Of a stretch of 64,000 bases of DNA, positions 56,911-64,000 are shown piece after piece. The position numbers and the translations under genes were made by a program. Every line of letters starts with the position of its first letter. Position 1 is the stretch's first letter. Location: the NCBI GenBank assembly GCA_010093745.1, contig MU005987.1, forward strand, positions 1 to 64,000, in the 5' to 3' direction. This DNA comes from Piedraia hortae CBS 480.64. Lineage: Eukaryota. The notes beneath the pieces were generated by a model that ran no database searches, was not told the DNA's origin, and saw only the letters and a program-made list of their open reading frames with translations.

Positions 56911-59900
56911 ATGTTTCGCGGATTCGGAAGAGCTTGTCTCGTGTACATGTACGTACGGCATCCGTCTCAATAGTTTGTCAACATACTTTTACATTTTCTC
57001 CGTCAACTCTCCCAAATTGATGCCTCAATGAACAGGCAACTAGTTGATGCAGTTGAATACCATTGTCCATACGCTCAGCTGATAGTCTGACTCGCTCTCG
57101 GACACTATCATAATGGTTTCATTGCAATTCCGCCCGTTGAACACTACTGTACAGTCTAGGCCTGCCTTGATGGTCATGTCATGCTCGGCGCTCTCTATCT
57201 TGCTTTTACATGTCACACCAGCACGTACCATTGCTGGCCCTTTAGTTTGGGCTTGGTCAAGCCCGATGGTCTCTACTGGCCCGACTACTGACGCACACGC
57301 GCCGACTGCCCCCAATAACAGCACAAAATCTTCTCCCAAGCCCTACCCTACGCCAAAGCGTCCGTCGCAAACCGATGTGGGGGCCTCTGACCCAAAGGCG
57401 CCTGTTCTTCCGGTTTATCCCAAAGCAATCAGAAAGCCTACCAAAACTCCGAAGAAGAACCTTAACCGAAGAGATTTTTACTGAAGTTCACCTGTCGCCC
57501 AGATGGCCAAGGATTCCATGTCACTTCCTATGCCATGAACAGGAAGACGCACACCTTGTAGCTTAGGAGCGACAAGGGCGTCTGATGAAGAATCTGCTGC
57601 GATGGTGCCAAGATTGAAAATTAGACCCGACGGGTTAGGTCTGGTGGATCATGAATGGAAGTTTCTAGGTACAGGTCAACAGGAAGACGTTTAAACTTTT
57701 GCCGAGGGAGAATAAGAATGTAGGTGCATTGTTTTGTGCCTTGGGTGGAGAGGGGTGGGGGAATTCATTTTCCCGGCTGCGACTCTCACAGACAACATCA
57801 ATGCGCAAAAATCGCTGTGGTATGACATCCGGAGGCATGCCGCAACCTCCAGGTCGACAAACTGGCGGACACGCTATGCAAGCTCCTCTCGAAAGATCCG
57901 GAAGATTTAACGAAAAGCGAGACGCTCAACGCGCTGTTTTATACTGATGAATATTTACTCGCATGCACGCCAATTCTGCTCAGATTGGATCAAATTCGGC
58001 AAATTAACAATCACAATGCAATAATATGTACATGCGCAATCAGAGCACTGGTCCTGCTTGATGGATCTGCAATGGAGTTAACCAGAAGATGAGTCTGCCA
58101 AAGAGGTTGAAGCTGTGCTTCAGGAGCAATCAAACGTACCGGGCGAAGTCAGTCTGGTTTTGCTACAGCTTGGTCCGGATTTTTTCGTCAAATGCTGACT
58201 ACTCGCACATAGCTGGCAGCTATCCAGGACCGAATGATGTGCCCAATTTAGCCATAATTCCAGCTTATTGGTGAACTTAAAAATCTTCCGACCATCAACA
58301 GTGATGTTCTTTTCAGCTTCCGCCTCAAGTTCTTTTTGCTTCTTCACCAGTTCCTCGTGCGCCTATGTTTGCTCAGCGAGTTTCTTCGAACGCAATTTTT
58401 CACACTATATTTTGATTGTAGTATTCAACGGCAATGCAACCGTTCGTCCAGCTAAATGGGGTTTTCTCATTGTCCTGTCGTCTGTCACTGCCGCCAGATG
58501 GCGATATTCGCACTCGCCTTGTTGTGAGCTATTGCACCTATGCCCGAACTCTTTTGTAGCTCAACCATAGGCTTCTCAATAGCTAACATCCTGCATCGTA
58601 CACGGAAAAAAATGCTACAAGATTTCTGGATGTCGCGCATCCAAACAATGACGAGATTTTGATTTCCAATTTAGCATTTTTAGCTTCTGCAGATAGCAAA
58701 CTTCGTCCCCGTTTGTCGCTCGTTTTACCAAAAAGAAATGTGCAGTCTCATATGGCTGCACTAAGATGATCACATCAAGGTTTGAGAGTTTTTAGCGTTT
58801 GCAGAAAGCTGTTTGCGTATTGTACCAGCAATCGATTGACCTACAAAGATCGTAGAGATTTGTACACTCATCAGTATATATCGGGGAAGCTTCGTCGCTA
58901 TGCTTCACAGTTCCTCCGCGATGCGCAGAGATGAGATCAGCAAGGCTTCGCTTTGCCAAGGCATTCTCGCGTGATTGATATATAATGCCCACCCCATCTT
59001 CCTGCTGGACCCGATATCACCAACAACAACGCACCGGGCTCCAGGAGCAAATATTTTGCGCTTGCGGCTGAATATCACCATGCGGCGTAATAGGATTATC
59101 ACGGCCACAACTCATATCACTTTAATAGGAGATGGATGAAGTGATGCGTTTAAGTATAGCTAGGAAAACTCCTATGCAAAACGGGAAGTTGATTAGTATA
59201 CTCCGGGGTCTTCGCTTGCCATGCCTGCCTCGCCTGAAGTCACTGCATTCTCCTACACCAAAGCAGAAGCTGTATGACAGCCAATCTCCTTTCTCCTCAA
59301 CCATCAAGCTGTTGAGCCGATACCGGAAGCGTTTACTCACGGTAAGTTGAAGGATGTGTCACGTGACCATGAACAACGTACCCTCTTGTATGCAGTATAT
59401 ACCACTATACAATTATTCATGTCTTAGTGTACTCACACTATCAGTTCGTCCCCTTTAACTCGACAATAGCAACATTTTGAAGCCAAGCGAGATTCAGCAA
59501 TCTGTCGCTGTGATGCTCTGGCCTACGATACAATTGGCATCTTGCATGCATGTACGGCTGGCCAAAATTGATATTGCAAAGGACAACCGGAGTACACGTA
59601 CTGGACATTCTCTCTGGGGAACGGAAATCTCCCACCACCTTCGGGTTTGCGATGCGACATGTTCTATCTAGTTACAACTGGTTGGTATGCGCCAACCTGT
59701 GCTACGAACTTCAAAAACTTTGCCGCTTGATGGGCTACCTTGGAGTTCTCGCCCTGTGAAACTCTGCCTCTGGCAAGCTCTTCGCCTTGCTTTGACTCAC
59801 ATTGAGGACTCAAATTTGACGAGAAGCGAGAAAGCCTGCCTGGATGGCCAGCACGCGATCGAGATACCCTGTGCGGAGTGTATACTCCGGCACACAGACA

Positions 59901-62889
59901 GCGGCGTCACAAGATCATCACGACAGGTGGCTGGTTGCGCTTATGCTTTTGATTGCACCATCTTTCATTACCCTCCGCCAACGCGAACAAACTCGCCGCA
60001 CAACGCATTATATATCGCCATGGCCGCAAGTATTGTCTCACCCTGCTTCGTTGTTCCGAGTCAAACTCTCATTAACCCGAAATATGTTTTTTTGAACTGA
60101 TGAATCGACCCGATATGAGGAGATACCGAGGAGTGTTGTCGGACATCTAAGGGCTGCATCAAACATTGGTTCAGCTTTGTCGAGCAGAACTGTCACAAAT
60201 ACGCGGAGTCGCAAAAGGTCAAGGCCGGCAAGTCTATTTTGACCCTCCACATGCGAATCTCTGTAGATGAGAATGACCAGGACAAAGTCGTCCTTAGCCT
60301 TTTTGTGTGCGGGGAAGCTGCCTGCGACACGGTACAAGGGGGGAAAAAGTCGGATCCAGTCCACTCCTTGATCTCAACATGTTTGACCGGGTAGCTGGGT
60401 ATACCATTGAAGAGATATTTACGTCTGGCCAGAAACTCAATTCAGTCGCGGGCGATGCAAAAGCCAATTCTATCGCCACTATCTGGTATAGACCTCGGTC
60501 GCTCAAAGTCTCCGTATGGGCTCTGGCCATGCAGAAGACTATGAAGAGATGTTGTGGACTTCCGAATGCAATGATCACTAGATGATGGTATTGAAGGTGA
60601 GACGAACTTTAATTTCTTGGGCAGACGAAGATAAACTAGAATACACGATATCGATTCCAAGCTCGACCAAGTTGGCATCTCATATCGTAGCATGGTCTGG
60701 AATAGCGATCTGGTCGAAATGCTTGGAATTAGCGATGATCGGGCGAAGAACTCGGTTTTCAAGCCAGTGAAGATTTTTGCATACAGTACTTGCGAAGAAG
60801 CTTCTTCCACCAAAGGCAAAGCTTCTGACTCCCAGCAGCCTGGGTATCTTGCATTACAAACACGACATCTCAGGTGTCAAACTATGACCCTCAACTCTCA
60901 CACCACAAACAAATTGTGTCCCACAGAAGAAGCCAAGCTAGAGTCTCCGACGCAACTAGCCTCCAACACAATGTGTTCAAAATATATGCTTCACGACGGT
61001 ATTTCCAACCAAGGTTGTATCGTATATTTGCGGCTGCATTGTTTCGAGACCATAAGAGCTCGGAAGACTTTTTCCTCTTTTGCGAAAGGGGAGTCGACAG
61101 CCTCGTGTATGCGCAGGAAGAAGCGGAAGAAGTGTGAGCTTCGTGCAGGATAGCGAGCTCGACGAGGCCATCCCGCTCCGTCCTCTTCTAATTCAGCTAC
61201 CGCAGCGCATACCGACTGCCGCATGGAACAGAAACATAATATTCTTCTTGAACTCCACTTTAGCCGCAACGTCAAGCTTTATCATCCACCATCATGAGGT
61301 TTACGAGCAGCCTTGCGTTCGTTCTATGCCTGGCCAACTTCGCACATGGTACGCATTGCCTTTAAATTTTTGATGAACAATCTAACGAAATTCAGTCCAT
61401 GTTGTCCGCGGAGCGAGCTCGGGACATGTCGTCATCACGGCCACCGACGATCTGCGTGATTGATATGACAGCGATTCCACAGTCTCGAAGGCGAAGTTTC
61501 TGCTACGTCCCGTCAACTAAGGCCATGTCAACGAGCTAACGAGAACGAGTTGCAGACCAGCCAGCGTAAGGCAGACGAAGAGTCGGAAGGTGTTTCCTGA
61601 AGTTGTGGGCTTCCAAGCCAAATTACCCAGCCACTCCGGCTTCCCCTGAGACATCCGAGAAACATATAAATCCTGGGTCCAAGAGTTCAATTAGGATCAT
61701 CCGTCGCCCGAATGGCGAAAGACTCGGCCCTTCCGTCTTCCACCCACCAGCGGTGAGACCAGTCGCATCCAGCTATCAGTGGTTGGGATGCACCTTTCTT
61801 AACGACACCTACGATCCTGCCAGTGCGAAGAGTCACCTTGACGTTTCCTATATCCGGAACCCTATACTCACTCAAATAACACCGTCTTGAGCGTCAGCTA
61901 TTTCGTATTCCTGCCGACGAAGATACTGTGGGACAGCAAGCCTTCAACGTATGGCTCACGATAAATACGATCCACACCGGTGTTTCGCCAGCAGATATTC
62001 TTTCGGGGATTTGCGTCCGCATTCCTATAGGACTCTGGAAGTCAATATCTCTACAACGGCCGTTTTACCCACCCGAGAAGAACAAAACGCAAGCATGCAG
62101 CAGAAAAACAGAAGGAGAAGTATGCTCCAGTGCAAGAACGCAAGATTGATGTTAATAACGCGTGCTGTCCCCTGCTAGGCCAGCTAACACCGCATACACA
62201 TCGACTTCCAAAGCAAGGCAGTGGACAAGCCTTCTCAAGTCCATCCACTGGCAGGAAGGAAAGAGAGCCACAGTCACTTCTTACATATAAAGCGTCGAAA
62301 GAGTCGTCCTAGAGCAAGAGTACGTCTCTTTTGAGCATTCTAGCTTCCCCTAAGACAGCCTCGAAGCAGAACATTGCACCGAACGGATACTTTCTCAAGG
62401 TCACCCGTCGACTAGACGGCAAGAGATACGGCGAGTGCCTATATCCTGCGAACAAACGACCCAAGTACCTGACGTCAGAAACATCTATTCGCCCTCTCCC
62501 TAGCAGTGAACCAGCTACAATTGAGATACTAATGACACCTAAAAGGAAGACATTACACCATGTGGCCTTGGCGTTTCTCCTACGTAGTTATTGTTTCTTT
62601 TCCTGGTTTCCTGGCTGTCCTCGAGGATTGAATCGTTATGAGAGGTATGCGCATGACAACCCTGTGTGGGGTTTAAACCTCAACAAACGAAGTCCGGCAG
62701 CAGCATCTCCATGCACAATAAGTCGATGTTGCACTCTCGAGGAATAAGTTGTCAATGGAGAAAGGCTATGCTTGCCTGAACGTATGGCAGGCGCTTGACA
62801 AGCCTGTTCACCAACACGGGACGTGGCAAAAAGACTGCTAAGAACGGTTATTACGTATGGTATTGGGGTTGAGAGGAGGCCATTGCTAT

Positions 62890-63740
62890 CTTGTCGCGCA
62901 GCCTGCTAAATCATGAGATCTTGTTGTCTGGGATTGGTTATAAATATTTAGCGCGAGATTGTGGGTGCACACAGGGGCAGGCGGTTGTTGGATATCTAGC
63001 TCGTCAGAACAAAGATTTGTTCATCTTATTGTCCTATCCTGTTAATTCACCTTCATCAGCCTGTTGTAGCATCCTTAGAGCTCTTCAGGCGACGCATTGA
63101 GCTTAGTCATCGAATTCACCGATTTGTGTGGCATGATGTAATTCTTGGCGGGAAAACAACTGCATGTGAACATCACTCAAGTCTCATTACATTCAATCCA
63201 ACTCACCCTCATCTTCTGGTCGTTAGCCAGTGGACGATCTGAGGGACAAAGTCGGTACGCCCAACAAAAGAAGGTAAACTACAAGAAGATAAAGAACGAT
63301 ACAGGCATGCATGCCTCACGGGGCCGCAATACCGACCCTTCACAAGTGCAAGCAAATATTGAGTTGCTCAAGGACATACTCGAGTGTTCAAGCGAGGGTT
63401 GCTGATTTGATATGCAAGGTGCATTTGACCTTCCACGCCTTGAAGATCTTGTTGCCCCGAAAAGGATGTTTCATTTCGTCCCGCTCTCTCCCGGGAAACA
63501 TCGTGTCTCTCAACATGAACACGCTCAGAGCTGCAATCGCCCACAGCATCCCCTCGCACAGACGCTCAATTTAATTCGGCAAAAGAACGCCGGCCGACTT
63601 GCCGGAGGGATACCGGTGTGATGTGCAGTTGGCATTAAGCCAGTTCAAGGATCTGATAAGTTCGTCGAGGACATAGTTAGGTGCAGTAATTTGTACTGAT
63701 GTTCATGCAGGACAGATCAAGCCTTCCGGCAGAGATGTAC
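62890..63740 (+). repeat. Degenerate dispersed repeat / decayed gene-family copy B (homologous to ~2490-3310)
   Basis: Same ordered blocks as copy A, in direct orientation about 60 kb away. Confidence 0.8.
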
Positions 63741-64000
63741 TCAAAGAATGTGTCCACCACAAGTAGTCATATCCCTCCTATCATGTTGTGGTGAACTTGA
63801 CTGGTAGGTTTTGGATAGCTCCAATCGAACAAGTCCAAGAAAGAGCCGGGAAAGAGAGTGGTTGGCGTGCGGTTCTTCCTCCGCAAGTAGCACGCGGCAT
63901 CCATCCATGCCAACGATGACTGCCGGTTTAAGGCCGCGCACGAGAAGACTGTCCTCGCGGTGCAGCATGGTCCACAAAGCGGAGGTTCTCACGCGCAAAA

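Noticed and set aside
57600..62800. Numerous short ORFs in the distal region
   Set aside because: No recognisable motifs, consistent splice structure or codon bias; likely decayed or intergenic sequence that cannot be classified by eye.

Overview
Eukaryotic, intron-containing fungal DNA. Short GT-AG introns with CTRAC branch sites and the protein sequences point to a filamentous ascomycete with a very compact genome; the species cannot be fixed from sequence alone. Gene-dense housekeeping blocks encode an M28 carboxypeptidase/Tre-like protein, GH125, VMA8, SYF1, an importin-7/NMD5-like protein, a VPS9-domain GEF, ATG15, TAD2, ERG13, RPT5, YAK1, a DUF1765-like protein, an RRM protein, NDUFS4 and ATP17. 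These alternate with decayed accessory stretches: an SRPK-like kinase pseudogene, pogo-type DDE and Ty3/Gypsy RT remnants, Pif1 and amino-acid-permease pseudogenes, a Fic/Doc remnant and dispersed repeats. Two observations stand out. (1) An intact 573-codon endogenous RNA-dependent RNA polymerase gene of dsRNA-mycovirus type (17122-18843, minus) whose catalytic motifs A, B and C are all altered, a candidate domesticated, polymerase-dead viral protein lying next to a chromodomain-less MRG gene. (2) A recurrent, orientation-independent switch from C/A-rich to G/T-rich sequence at about seven sites, strong enough to reshape protein composition. Family assignments come from motif recognition by eye, not database searches.
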